Positions 45,401 through 57,493 of a stretch of 64,000 nucleotides of DNA are shown piece by piece. Made by a program: the position numbers and the translations under genes. The notes under the pieces are model-generated. The model made no database searches and was not told the DNA's origin. It worked only from the letters and a program-made list of their open reading frames with translations. Origin of the DNA: Neodothiora populina. Its lineage: Eukaryota. The stretch is from contig NW_027191415.1 of assembly GCF_041146345.1 (NCBI RefSeq), positions 620,001 to 684,000 on the forward strand. Reading direction: 5' to 3'. Numbering within the stretch: position 1 is the stretch's first letter; each line of letters opens with the position of its first letter.

Positions 45401-48400
45401 AGTTCTCGTGAAGAAAAAGGAAGATGAATAGGTAATGAATGATGATGTCAGAAAGTTTTTTCTTTTGAATTCAACCCAGCTCGTTTATGAATCTCTGCAA
45501 CAATCGAAATGTCCACATATTAAGAGGGAAAAGCGCTCCATCACTGTGACTGTTACTGTTACTGTGTATACAAAATTGCCTTTTCCTTTTCTGCTTTCCA
45601 CATCATAACACCATTCCAGAGCAGATCTCTTACCCATTCCATCCAACAGACACGCAAGCACATACTTGACATCAATAAGCACACGGTGGATACCCCCCGC
45701 CAAAGAGAAGTATTTCCCTACCTTCACACTCCTAGGTACAATAAGTACAGTAAACACACGCCGATATTCACACATGAAACAAGCACGAAAACGAGACCAA
45801 GAACCCCGCCATCAGCAGCGACAGAAAAAAAAAGAACCAGAAATTTCTGGAGTGTAGACACAAGCAGAAAATACCCGCACGCACGCACGTATAAAGTACG
45901 ATTCATGGTAGGCAATACTTTGTAGTAATACGTACAGTACAGTACAGTAACAAATTACCTCCCCCTCACCTGCACCGACTTAGCATTTTTACCGCACCTT
46001 ATGCAACAACGAATCAATAATGGACAATGGCATACCCATCAATCAGTCAACCAAGCCAGAGTGTCGTCACTTGATATGCTCTCCCGGCTACCTTACCTAC
46101 TCGGACTCGTACACAGCAAGAAAAGGGGAAGAATGTTGCGCTTTGACAGCTGAGTTGAGTGTTGAACAGTACATACCTATTCACAGTACTCATGTACTCA
46201 GATGTGAGAGGCCCGGATCGTTCGTTCGATTGCAGGCGTTCGGTCGGATGCGTCCACCATCAAGGATCAGGTCGGGGGGAGGGTACTGTACCTACCTTAT
46301 AGTGGGCAGAGTAGACTGTACTACTGTACCGGACACACAAGTAAGAAAGTGTGCAGCGAGAGAGCGCGCGCAGTGGGCTAGGGTCAATGGATGTAGCCGA
46401 GAAACTCTGTGACAAGACGAGACAGAGAGTATGAAGCTCTTCGTCATCGAGCGAGGCTGGGATTTATAGCTACATCCATCTATCTGATATGATCCTCGCA
46501 GCATCTCTGTCCGGAGAGCAGAGGGCGTGGTACTAAGTTTTATTTCGCGCGTGGTTTTGAGTGCACACACACATGCATGAACGCACGAAACGCACGTGCG
46601 CACTCATAATGGTACAGTACCTTTGTACGTGTACATGTGTTAGTTTACTGTAGATACATTCGATGCATCAGATTCGTGTAAGAGCGATGGGTAAGCGAGG
46701 CGCCCCAGGCGGGAAGGGTCGAGGTAAGGTTAGGTGATTTGGAAGAAAAAAAAAGAATACAAGGTACGGTGATACTGTAATAACAAGAAGAGAGCTTCGA
46801 ATAGAGTACCGGAGGTGGTCCGTCAAAGTACTTACAAGGTACCGTACCTTATTTGCACGAGCTCGCTATTCCGGAGTGTTACAGAGAAGTAGAGCGTCAG
46901 GATCGCCTACCTGGATACTTGCAAATTGCGGAAGCGCGAGTCTTGTTAGATCACACCGTACTTGTACAGTCAGATTGAACTATCGGTCAAAAATTTTCGT
47001 CTCTTGTCCATCACAATAGCCTGCGAGATCAACTACCAAAAGTATACAGTACCTATTACAACACACCATACACACACACAAGCTCCCCTTCCGAAAGCAA
47101 TAAGAATTAGCCGTATAAGAGGGTAGGTGGGAAAGCAGTGGACCATGGTGTTATCCGGATCGTCACCGCGTGACGATGACAATCATGCATGCGTTGTGTG
47201 GAACCCCCAGCCGGCCATCGAGATGATGGAAAATCATGACTTGGCATTGCCACGCAGGTTACCTTAGATTGAACATTGAACAAAAGAGCAGCAAGGCTCG
47301 TGCACAGATCGGGAATATTGCCGAGGCGAAAAAGAGCATGGCAACACAACCCGCCATGCATGCAGTTCAACCTACACTTGGAAAGTAACAGCAGATCCGG
47401 GTCTGTTTGCCGCACGCCGCCCTAACAAGAAGACTGTCGAGGATCAGAAACCGCTCCTCGACCGACAACTCTACCTCACAAAAGACAGCCGAAAGTCGCG
47501 ATGACGCAAGATGTGACTCGAGTTCAAGAAGCCCAGAGCTGTCTTCAGACAAGGGGCAGAGGCTACAGTTGCACAGTTGCAACAGAGTTTGTGACCGAAC
47601 ACCATTTGATTAGCTGGGGTTTTACATTAGAGTTCGCGTGGCAAGCCGAGCCGTTGGTGGACGCGAACAGCTGAGTGAGAAAGAAGCGCTTGTTCTACCG
47701 CACCCAAGCGCGATTGGACGTGACTTGACAGCCTTGTCTTTTGTTTTAATAATCTGTACAGCATTCGTTACATATATGTCATTGCCGATCCGGCAAGTGA
47801 CTCGAAACCTGATCGTATCTCCGAGGTGTAAAGAGCGAAATGACAAGAAGAGACAAGAAAGGATCGCGATGCTTATATTATTAATGTTTGCCCAGCCTCC
47901 CCTGAAATCATGACAGCCCAGGAAAGTGGTGTGGGAAAGTGTGTTGTGTACCGGACACAGTTCCCCATCACTGGGTTGATATTGGGGGGAGGCTGAAAGC
48001 AGTGGTCGTCAGAAAGCGAAAGCAGGAAATTAACAAGTGATAATCAATGATTTGCAGTTGCTGTCGCAGCTCTAAAATTGGACCACTTGACATTGAGCGC
48101 AATCCCAACGTTACATCTTCCCCCATGATATAGGCTTGGCGCGTCATTCACAATCCGCGGTGTACAGTAGTGGCGGCGGACAAGAGAATGCGATTGCCGG
48201 GGAGTTGAGTTGCCCTAGGATTTGCCCTGCGACCGCTGCTTGAAAAAGAAGAAGCGCCGACGAAAGCCTGGCTGGCTCTTCTGCTGCCTGTCTGTGTTAG
48301 TGAGTGTGTTACTGTAGCCTTTGTCTCTCTTCCTCCGCCGCCGCCGCCCCCCCCTCGAGGTTCTGGCTCAACGTCTTCGCTAAACGGTGAACGACACGGA

Positions 48401-49287
48401 CTTTGCTCTGCAACTCTGACCTTCTCTGGTTACCGTGACTCTTTCACCCTTTCCCTTTAACCTTTTGCCTTACCTTGGCCTCTTTCTCACAGTCATCTCC
48501 GACGGTATCCCATCTTTCCCGTCCTCTGTCAAAGCATCTCGATAGTCTCTTTCTGCATGTTATGACCGACACGAATTTCTCTCTTGCATCCAATTAACGA
48601 CCGGGACTGTGATCCCGCCTTGGCCTGGCTTGCCCCAATCTCATCATTCCCCGCCCCTAGAGTCGCAGCGCGCCGCAGGAGTATCGTGCTTTCCGCACTC
48701 GAGACATCACCAACCACCCTTGACAGTCCCCCCATCATCTCCCCTTTGCGGTTTCGGTAGTGCTCTCGTCGTCAGCCCAAATAACATTTGGATAACGCAC
48801 GCACCCGCAGCACATCTTACGCAACAAACTCTTCAAAAATACTGCTGCATTAGACTTGTCAAGTGTCGAAGTTGACTTGGTCCAAAAAAGCCTGGACGTC
48901 ACCGCTTCAACCTCGCTCTCCGAGTCACACCGAGTCTGACTGACTTTCTGGAGTCGAGCCACAAAGCTGCAACCATCATCAACAACAACATCAATCATTC
49001 CATCGAATCTTCATCTCTGGGTCTTTTACTTTTCTTCGCATGGCAGGTGTTGGTACTTGACTGTGCATTGTCGCTGGCGTGTTCTTTGTAATTGATTGAA
49101 AGCGACCGAAGCCCCGACTGGTCGCCTTCCCCTACCCCCTCAACCTTCTCTCTTCGGTTTACCAAACCCGTTACGCCGCAGCGTTGCCACGGAGTGTCAT
49201 CGAAAGAATTGTCAATCGACATCTCCTTTTAACTAGACTGCTTCTCCTCATCCTCATCATCATCATCATCATCGCCAGTTCGACATC

Positions 49288-51330
49288 ATGAGAGAGGCAA
49301 ATTTCAGCATTCCAAGCGCAAATAAGGCTTCCGTTGGCATCACCCCCGCCCTCTACGACCGTCGCGCCCTTGACTGCACCTCGACACTCCCGCTCATCAA
49401 TTCATTGAACAATCTCGCATATCTCACAACTTCGTCCGCCCGGATCCGTGACATCCTCACTGTCGATGGCGGTGTTGAGAAGCTGGTCTGCATCCTAAAG
49501 GAGGGCCGAAGCAAGGATGCAATGGAGAGCTGGAAATGGAATCTCGCCTTTCAGTGCGTTTTTAACATCGGTGTCCGTGGATCTGAAACCGTTCGCACAA
49601 GAGTGGTCGAGGCCGACATGGTGCCCGTGGTTGCTACCGTGTTGGAGAACTACATCCAGGCGGTGGAGAAGCTGAACAAGCGTGCAGACGAGGAAGCTCG
49701 TCGTAAATCCATCCAGATGGGTCTCTTCGAACCCACAGCAGCCAATGCAAGCAGAACTCTACCCAAGCAATCCAGGCAGCTCTCGTCGCGCTCTGAGAGG
49801 GGCAGAAGGACAGCTCCGCCACCCATCGAGATTCCAACATTGCCTGCACAGCCATTCCACCCACTCGCCGAAGAGATGGACCGACTGCGCACCACCGGTA
49901 GTCTCACCCCTCAAGCCAACGTGACGGCAGGCTGGAGGACGCAAGAGCGGGCAATGCAACGGCCGCGGGAGGATAGACATGTCTTATCGCCTGTCCTTGG
50001 ATCTCAGAGACGCGAGCAGCCAGTCACGACACCACCATATCAACACAGTCTCAGCCCCTTCGGGCTACGACCAGTCCGCGATATTGACAGGCTGCCTTCA
50101 ATGCTCCCAACTCTGCACGCGGAGCTTAGTTCACAGCCTCAGTCGCCCACGACGCCTAGTGTCACTGCTCCTGGTAGCCCACGGAGCGCCACCCTTCGAC
50201 CCCGGAGGCGGCCGTCCATCCGTCATCAGCTGTCCATCTCGGGTAACTGGGAAAGCGAGCACAACGACGACAGCAGCCAGGAGACTTCAGACACAGCCGA
50301 AGCGTCGCCAGAACCAATGGTCGGTATCCAAAATGATATTGTTATGCAAGACATTGTCGGCGATGATGGAATGCTCGAGGGCAGTGCGACTCCGGTGGCT
50401 CTGACCGCAGTGCCCACCGTCAACGTTGCACATGCCGACAACTTCATTACTTCTCACCGATCAGACCAAGAGACGGCGAATGCAGCCGCCAGCCCTCCCG
50501 CAGGACGAACTGGATTCGCTCCCGCGCCACCTCTGCCTCCGGTCGACCTTGTCAATGCGACGCCGCCGACTCTGACTTCTTTCCGACCGGGACTTTCTTA
50601 CATGCCAGCAGCGCCAGCACCGCTCCTCGCCGCTCTTCCACGTGACGAGGACATCATCATGTCTCTGCAACTGCTAGCTTATGTGTCCAAATACTGCAAC
50701 CTTAGATCCTACTTTCAGCAATCGCACCTGGTGGCACGGCTGAAGATTGACGCAGAGCTGAAGACACTGGATGCTGACTACGATGCTACGACACCCTACA
50801 CTGGTCCTTCTCAGGAAGAGCTTGACGAAGCCTGGGACAACGAGTTTGTGCCCAAGGCAGATGAGCCAGCCTACAACATATTCCCTTTGATTGAGAAGTT
50901 CACGGTCCGATGCTCGAGCTCTCGACAATCTCTTCTCCCCACATCATCCCAGCACAGCGAGACCATGCAGTACTGGGCTGGGGTTGTGATGCGCAACCTT
51001 TGCAGGAAAGACGAAAGCAGAGGTGGCATCCGCCAATGTGCTTACTGGAAGTGCGGAAAGTGGGAGGAATACACACGGCAATTCGCCAAGTGCAGGCGAT
51101 GCCGCAGAACCAAGTACTGCAGCAAGGAGTGCCAGAAGGGAGCCTGGGGAAGCCACAGATTCTGGTGTGTGGCGGCGGATGAAGCGAAAGAAGGAGAGCA
51201 TTCGCGGCACCACCAAGGACATTCACGTAATCATCACCACCACCACCACTCGACGCAGCAACAACAGCAGCAGCAGCAATCGGCTCAGAGCGCGAGCCGT
51301 GACGCTTCCAGCTCTTCGTCTGGTGCCTAA
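49288..51330 (+). CDS. samB: MYND-type zinc finger protein SamB/Mub1
   Basis: MREANFSIP...LYDRRALDCTSTLPLINSLN N-terminus; MYND finger CAYWKC...CRRCRRTKYCSKECQKGAWGSHRFWC; His/Gln-rich tail. Confidence 0.92.
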   Translation: MREANFSIPSANKASVGITPALYDRRALDCTSTLPLINSLNNLAYLTTSSARIRDILTVDGGVEKLVCILKEGRSKDAMESWKWNLAFQCVFNIGVRGSETVRTRVVEADMVPVVATVLENYIQAVEKLNKRADEEARRKSIQMGLFEPTAANASRTLPKQSRQLSSRSERGRRTAPPPIEIPTLPAQPFHPLAEEMDRLRTTGSLTPQANVTAGWRTQERAMQRPREDRHVLSPVLGSQRREQPVTTPPYQHSLSPFGLRPVRDIDRLPSMLPTLHAELSSQPQSPTTPSVTAPGSPRSATLRPRRRPSIRHQLSISGNWESEHNDDSSQETSDTAEASPEPMVGIQNDIVMQDIVGDDGMLEGSATPVALTAVPTVNVAHADNFITSHRSDQETANAAASPPAGRTGFAPAPPLPPVDLVNATPPTLTSFRPGLSYMPAAPAPLLAALPRDEDIIMSLQLLAYVSKYCNLRSYFQQSHLVARLKIDAELKTLDADYDATTPYTGPSQEELDEAWDNEFVPKADEPAYNIFPLIEKFTVRCSSSRQSLLPTSSQHSETMQYWAGVVMRNLCRKDESRGGIRQCAYWKCGKWEEYTRQFAKCRRCRRTKYCSKECQKGAWGSHRFWCVAADEAKEGEHSRHHQGHSRNHHHHHHSTQQQQQQQQSAQSASRDASSSSSGA

Positions 51331-52159
51331 AACAGGCGCATCTGAGAAGTCTGCATAGCTTGTGGGTGGGCGTCTACGGCCTATTTCATTTCATTTTTCC
51401 TTTGCGTTCATCTTGACCACCTTTGCACTTTTCGCGCGATACCACGATTCAATATTGAGCCTGGACAAGGCGACATTGATTTTACTACAAATCATTGCGG
51501 CGGCGTTTTTGTTACACGGAGAGAAGAGAAGGAGAAGAAAGCGAGAGGGAGGCATGTCGATTATGACCTTTGACTTAGCGTAAAAGAACAACGTATTACT
51601 TCTCCAGATATGTGATCATTTTCAACTTAAATGTGACTATGACTGCAGTATACCAACAGTGACCTGCCTGCGGAGCACGACATCGGGGCCAGGCAGGCAG
51701 TCATGCGCAAGGATACCCGATTCGGCAAGGAAGATGCGGTAATGTCTGTGTGTGTGTAAATCATCATTGTGCCGCGCTGGCTGTCTCTTATCTTGATTGC
51801 GGGCAAAGCATGACCCACTTTTTGTGCTAATCCGTAAGTCGTCAAAGGCCAGAAGAAAGACTGAATTGTTGGATGTGGCTTGTGATAAGTGAAATAATAT
51901 TAGGATGACTGTTTCCCATGTCCCAGGACTGGACGTCTGTCTCTTGGCAAGATTTTTATACCACTCCGACACTCTTGCGACAACGACCACAGAACTGTCT
52001 CAATCCGAGACGGCGTCCGTCGTGTCTTCATCTACCTGAAATGCCAACCGGGAGGCGGGACTCTATTGATTAATCAGGCAACACTCTTTCGTTCCCCCTT
52101 CCTCTGCCCCCCGTTCCCTGCCGGTTAAGTCCGACGGGCGGTGGTATTCCCGCATAGCC

Positions 52160-53723
52160 ATGTACGAAGTCCGCACCAACATACCGTCTGCTCCCGTATC
52201 TTCAGATGTTCGCTCTCCATTGCTACTGTCACCCATCATGGTGAATCCGGAATTGGCCAAGCAGGCAGCGCATGAGAGATGGCGGAGATGGGTTGGGCTG
52301 GGACTGTTGTTCACCACTGTCATTCTCTGGACTGCCTCCAATTTCCTTGCTAGTGTATGACTTTGTTCGCCCATTATTGATTTGAATGCAGAGAGTGTTT
52401 TGTGGTTGCTAATATTCTATGTCTTCTCTCTGAATGTAGACGCTATTCGCAGATGATACCTATTCCAAACCATACCTGGTCACCTATGTCAATACCGCTT
52501 TCTTCATCCTACCGCTCATCCCTATCCTCATCAAGCGTGCCTACGAAGACCCGTCATCTCTTCACGAATTGAACCGATCATGGCGCCGGAGTCTGTCTCG
52601 CTATACGCCTTTGAAACAGATGGACGAAGAAGAGAATGGCGAAACATTCCACAAGCCGGATAGCCCACGCTTCCACCTCGACGTTCCGGACGACGACGAC
52701 GACGACGACACACACATTCCGCACAACGAGTCCGAGGCTATGCAGCGATCTCAGGTGTTGAGTGTTCGATCTGTAAAGCACACGGAGCCTGCTCTGACTC
52801 TGCGCGAGACTGCCCGGCTGAGTCTTGAATTCTGCTTCCTTTGGTTTCTGGCAAACTATTTCGTCGCAGCCTGTCTGGAGTACACCACTGTCGCGTCCAG
52901 CACCATTCTCACCAGCACAAGCAGTATATTCACACTGCTGTTCGGCACCATCTTCCGCGTCGAGAAATTCACACTCAAGAAACTGCTCGGAGTCCTGGCT
53001 TCTCTGGCTGGTATTGTGCTCATCTCCACCGTCGACCTTAGTGGTGACAGCGACAAAAACCGCGGTTCTTTCCCTCACAAATCATGGAACGAAATCGCTT
53101 TGGGTGACGGCATGGCTCTGTTCTCGGCCGTCATGTATGGTATTTACGCTGTCATGATGAAGAAAAGGATAGGAGACGAGAGGAGGATCAGCATGCCTCT
53201 GTTCTTTGGACTGGTTGGGCTGATGAATGTGCTTATGTTGTGGCCTGGCTTCTTCATCTTGCACTGGACCGGTGTTGAGACGTTCGAGCTGCCAGGTGAT
53301 CGAAGGGTCGTGCTCATCATATTGGTAAGTCGGAGTTGTATACCTCACATCCTCCACCGCTCTTTGTTGAAGACATTTGCTAATTGTAATGCGAAACAGG
53401 TGAACTCCATAAGCTCTCTCGTTTCCGACATGGCCTGGGCCTACGCCGTCCTGCTGACGTCTCCCATTGTGGTCACGGTCGGCTTGAGCACCACGATCCC
53501 TCTCTCGCTCATCGGCCAGATCTTCCTCAACTCGCAGCATGCCAGTCTGGTCTACTGGGTCGGAGCCTGCGTCGTATTGATCAGCTTCTTCTTCGTCAAC
53601 CACGAGGAAGCCAAGGAGGATGGCGAGGAAGAGCAAAACGAGGAGATAGAGCGAGGGTTGCCTCCGATTAATGTCGGCAATGTCATAGTTGACGATGAAC
53701 ATGTCGTTGTTGTTGAGCCATAG
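52160..53723 (+). CDS. EamA/SLC35F-family transporter (THI74/YML018C-like); exons 52160-52354, 52440-53324, 53400-53723
   Basis: LWTASNFLAS|TLFADDTYSKPY, FCFLWFLANY, TTVASSTILTSTSS and LTSPIVVTVGLSTTIPL; multiple TM helices. Start could be ATG 52238. Confidence 0.85.
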
Positions 53724-54150
53724 AATTACCCTAGATTTTGTATGCTTCATGACTTATGCTTGTTTTTGTGATTTGTTGTGGTCGATAATGCTCATTGCGT
53801 GATACACGTTTACGGTAAATGTGCAAGCCAACAGGTCTACTTGGGTATCACACGGTAGATCCGCTCATCATATGATGAACCTGTAGAATAAGCACACTGA
53901 TAGGCGCATATGTTACTACATTATGTTCGATATACTGGGGCTCGACTAGGTAGACATTTATGTTCTACACACCAGGGCTTGATAGGGTAGACATTTTTGC
54001 ATACAAGCGGAGAAGCCCACTTTTCGCTATCTAGAGCAATTGCGACAGAGATGATCATGAATATTCAGACATGCAAATTATATCAATACCGAAAAATATA
54101 AGTAAACAAAGATTTAGCGAGTGCCCAAAATAATCAAGAAATAAAATGCC

Positions 54151-54318
54151 AAAAAAATTGGTTTGTCTGCGAGAGAATCCATTAGCAACTGTATTCAATA
54201 TGTCTAAATGTCAATGGTGGGAATCGAACTAACCTCTTTGTTCACATGTGTCATCCTTAGTGCAGGGGCCATGCTAATCTTCTCTGTATAGTTTCAAATT
54301 GACCAAATGCCCGAAGGC
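54151..54318 (-). ncRNA. U6: U6 spliceosomal snRNA, split by an intron (exons ~54318-54234, 54166-54151)
   Basis: GCCTTCGGGC 5' hairpin, then ACAGAGAAGATTAGCATGGCCCCTGCACTAAGGATGACAC (ACAGAGA box, AGC triad, ISL), CAAAGAG|ACAAACCAA and a T7 Pol III terminator. Confidence 0.96.
54167..54233 (-). other. 67-nt spliceosomal intron within U6 containing a Pol III B-box
   Basis: Donor GTTAGT, branch GCTAAT, acceptor GCAG; AGTTCGATTCC at 54230-54220. Confidence 0.88.
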
Positions 54319-54340
54319 GAAGTTGGTCCTATTTCTACTG

Positions 54341-54348
54341 ATTATATA
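54341..54348 (-). promoter_or_regulatory. TATA box of the U6 gene
   Basis: TATATAAT about 23-30 nt upstream of the inferred +1; internal A-box-like TGGTCAATTTG at 54305-54295. Confidence 0.7.
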
Positions 54349-55128
54349 CTCATGGCTAATGCTACCACCCCTCTTTCAAAATCCGAAAATTCATGCGTAT
54401 GGGTGCTGCGCGCACATCTCCCATACACATATCGCTGAATTCGAGTTTTTGCATTAGATGGTGTTTCTTCTCTGCTCTTGTCTTGCGATGACCAGCTAAT
54501 CAATCAATCAGTCGCTCGTCATTTCATCTGTACCATCGCACCGAAGATATCCATGATCCTGCGCTAATGCATGAATTGTGTTCCCTCGAGGGAAATTGGG
54601 CGAAATCAAAACGTCCCATGACCTCAGAGACGGACGCACACACAGCACCGCACACGCTCAACGGGCATCATTCAGGCGCAGAGACTGGACATGACTTGCG
54701 CAATTGTGTCCCGCAAGAAATGGTCATCTTCAAGACTTCATTTGTGACGAAAAAGGTAAAATGAATGTAATGCGGGCAGGGAACACGGAGAGTATCCGTA
54801 CTCAGGAGCGAGGGGAGGGGAAAGAATCGGTGGGGCATTTTTGCAAAAATTAGGTGTGGTGCTTGCTGCCCGCCGGCTTCGGGTCCGCCAGCCAGCCATA
54901 CTGTATTCTGTTCTCCACACGCTCTGGTGGCTTTCTGGGCCTACTGCGATTGTGATGAACTTTCTTACTGTTTGAGCATGCGGGAGAGTCGTACTTGTCC
55001 TGCGCTTGAGGCCATTTGAAAATGAGTCTGTCCTCTGCATGGTACTCGGTGGCCGGCCTTGTGCTGTAGAGGCCTCAGATTGCTCTTGTAGGTATGGTGT
55101 GGTCTACGACTTCATCCGTACCCGTCGT

Positions 55129-55155
55129 CTGGAGCTGGAGCTGGAGCTGGAGCTG
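55129..55155. repeat. (CTGGAG)4.5 tandem repeat
   Basis: Perfect hexamer run. Confidence 0.85.
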
Positions 55156-55545
55156 CATAGTCCCTTTCAATATGCGAGTGTACGATGAAGGCGTGTGTCT
55201 CCGTCAATCACCTGAGCCTGACGATTCATGCTAAGATACAGATGTACCATCGCTCCGAAATCTCTAGGCGAGATTGTTCGAGTATGACTACGTACGGTGA
55301 GTATATCACAAATGATGAGCAATGTTTACTTTCTGCGGTTTGCCCAATGTGGAAGAGAATATTTCTTCAATCTATCGATCGATCATAATAAAGAAATAGG
55401 CATTATCGGAGTACCGAGCAATCGTCCTCGTCTTCGTCTGCAGCGTTCACACTCCTCGACAACCAACCGTATAGCTCAATCGGCAAAGCACCATACTGAG
55501 CTGGAACCTCCGATCATCTGGCTACGCAGATCATATGAACAACTA

Positions 55546-56451
55546 TTATGCTGAGCTCCAAGAACAGACAAGGCGGCTGCGATACCGCGATGCCACCGTC
55601 GAACCGCCTGACAACACCACATGACTCCCATGTGCACCATCTACTCGGTTCATCCTAGCGTGCCACAGCCTCTCGAACCATTCTCTGACTCTTGTGCGAC
55701 GACGGTCTCGGTGCTGCGGACTCTGTTGTGTATCTGGAGAAGTACTCGGTCCCCGGTCTATGTCAGGACCGTTAATCGCTTCTACGATCGCGGCCATGGG
55801 GATCCCATGTGATGTCCCGCTGGTCGTTGTTGGACGCCTTGAGGAGGAAGACGGATGCTGTCTTTGACTCTGCGCATTCGAGACGATCGGATCTGACCAT
55901 TGATTCCCTGTGCCATTCGGAGCTCTGGATGCAGTCCGCCTTTCTGTGCGAGCCCGGGATCTGTCGACATCCTCCCTCGTTGGTCTCCCAGCACCTGCAA
56001 ACGAAGACTCCGGAACATTGTCAGGTGCATTCCGACGATTCGATCTAGGCGGCGGCGGCGGTGTTGATCTCTCTGACCTAGGGACCTGTCCCCTTCTGGA
56101 CGACTGCGCCGACGTCTGCGTTTCACGCTGTGGTTGGACATGTTGAGCACGACGAGCGACCAATGGTCCCAAAATCGTCACTTCGATTCTGGTAATGTGA
56201 ATCGGAGTCCCTCCCGCAAGTAAATGTGCTTGCCCCAAAGTAGGTCTGGCTCTTATTCTCCTAGGCCTTGGTCGAGGGACTGGCAACGCCGGATCTAGCT
56301 GGTCTGCTAGTGCTGGTGAGGGTGGGAGGAGGTCGGGAATCTGATTGTTGTTGTTGTTGTTGTTGTTGTGCGCGCTCAGGTCCATGGTCAGGATCCCGCG
56401 GCGGCTGGTTGCTTGGCTGCTGGTTGTGTTGTTGTTGGTGAATGCGCTCAT
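55546..56451 (-). CDS. Hypothetical disordered, Arg/Pro/Ser-rich orphan protein with poly-Asn
   Basis: 301-codon ORF from ATG 56451 (CAAATG context); no family recognised. Confidence 0.45.
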   Translation of the reverse strand: MSAFTNNNTTSSQATSRRGILTMDLSAHNNNNNNNNQIPDLLPPSPALADQLDPALPVPRPRPRRIRARPTLGQAHLLAGGTPIHITRIEVTILGPLVARRAQHVQPQRETQTSAQSSRRGQVPRSERSTPPPPPRSNRRNAPDNVPESSFAGAGRPTREDVDRSRARTERRTASRAPNGTGNQWSDPIVSNAQSQRQHPSSSSRRPTTTSGTSHGIPMAAIVEAINGPDIDRGPSTSPDTQQSPQHRDRRRTRVREWFERLWHARMNRVDGAHGSHVVLSGGSTVASRYRSRLVCSWSSA

Positions 56452-57493
56452 TTGATGGTTTTTGGATGTCGTTGGTGAGAAGAGGAGATAACACTGTCGA
56501 GCTGGTCTCGTCTGGACAGACGGATGTGTAGGTGTGAAGTAAACCATTACATGCGCCCCTGTATCTATACACTTCTTTTTCGTTTCAATCGCAACTACAC
56601 GTTGTCTCGGCACAGAGGACTGTTTGCTGCCCTTACCTCCTATGCCACAGCATCACTTCATCTCCCAACTAGCTAGCTAAATACCCACGGCGGTCCCGCA
56701 ATTTGCTCCGAACATGACAGCCACCAAGGCAGACGGAACGACAAGAGAACACGACAAACTACCAGAAACAACCGCGTAAATGCAGTGAGGCAGAACATCA
56801 GACGTATTCAATAGCTCACGAGATTCAGAGGCAACACGTCAATCTACCTTCCTCTCTGCACTCTGTAAAGCCAACGACTGCACAACAATCATTGCTCCAG
56901 CGACAGTCATCCCCTCTGCCCACGCAACCCTACTTCACTCGGACATATCGAGCTTGGGAGACAGACCACAGTACACAGACAGACCAGAGGAACTCGTTCT
57001 TCGCCAAGCAGGCCCTCCTGTCTGTGTATCCGGCATGATCGCGACTGAACTGGAGGGGGATTTCGACGACACTGTAAGGTGTACGTTACAGGACAGGGTC
57101 GCCCTCGGAACACTTCGCTTTTTGACACAAGTAGATTACGAAGGTATGGTGACAGGTTCACTCCCAGGTATTCGTCATGCAATTGACAAGGGGCTCGCTC
57201 GCGGAATCTGGGCAGGGAAAGTTGATAAGGTTGAGGATAAAAACACGCTCTCCTGTATGTCTGGTTTGTCTATCCCTGATGAATGCCAATTGAGAAAACA
57301 AAAAGTTGGCCTTGTGATGCATAACCACCACGCTTGCACCTGCCAACCAGCCTATCAAAACCATATGCCAAGACAATGCATTGTTCGAGTCGCACATGAC
57401 AGATACAAAAAATCAAAACTCTTCTCAATCCTACATTTTCCCGTTCGAGTAAGCCTTTAAGCGGCAGCCTAGCTCTCTGCTTTCTTCTTACAA

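Noticed and set aside
51900..52440. TPP riboswitch at the THI74-like transporter
   Set aside because: No CTGAGA/aptamer core found in the leader or first intron.
53866..53910. Box C/D snoRNA (ATGATGA...CTGA) and 14-bp palindrome TCATCATATGATGA
   Set aside because: Boxes are only ~18 nt apart, with no terminal D box, stem or recognisable rRNA guide.
54215..54233. tRNA gene suggested by GTTCGATTCC
   Set aside because: No cloverleaf can be formed; the motif lies inside the U6 intron and is best read as a B-box.
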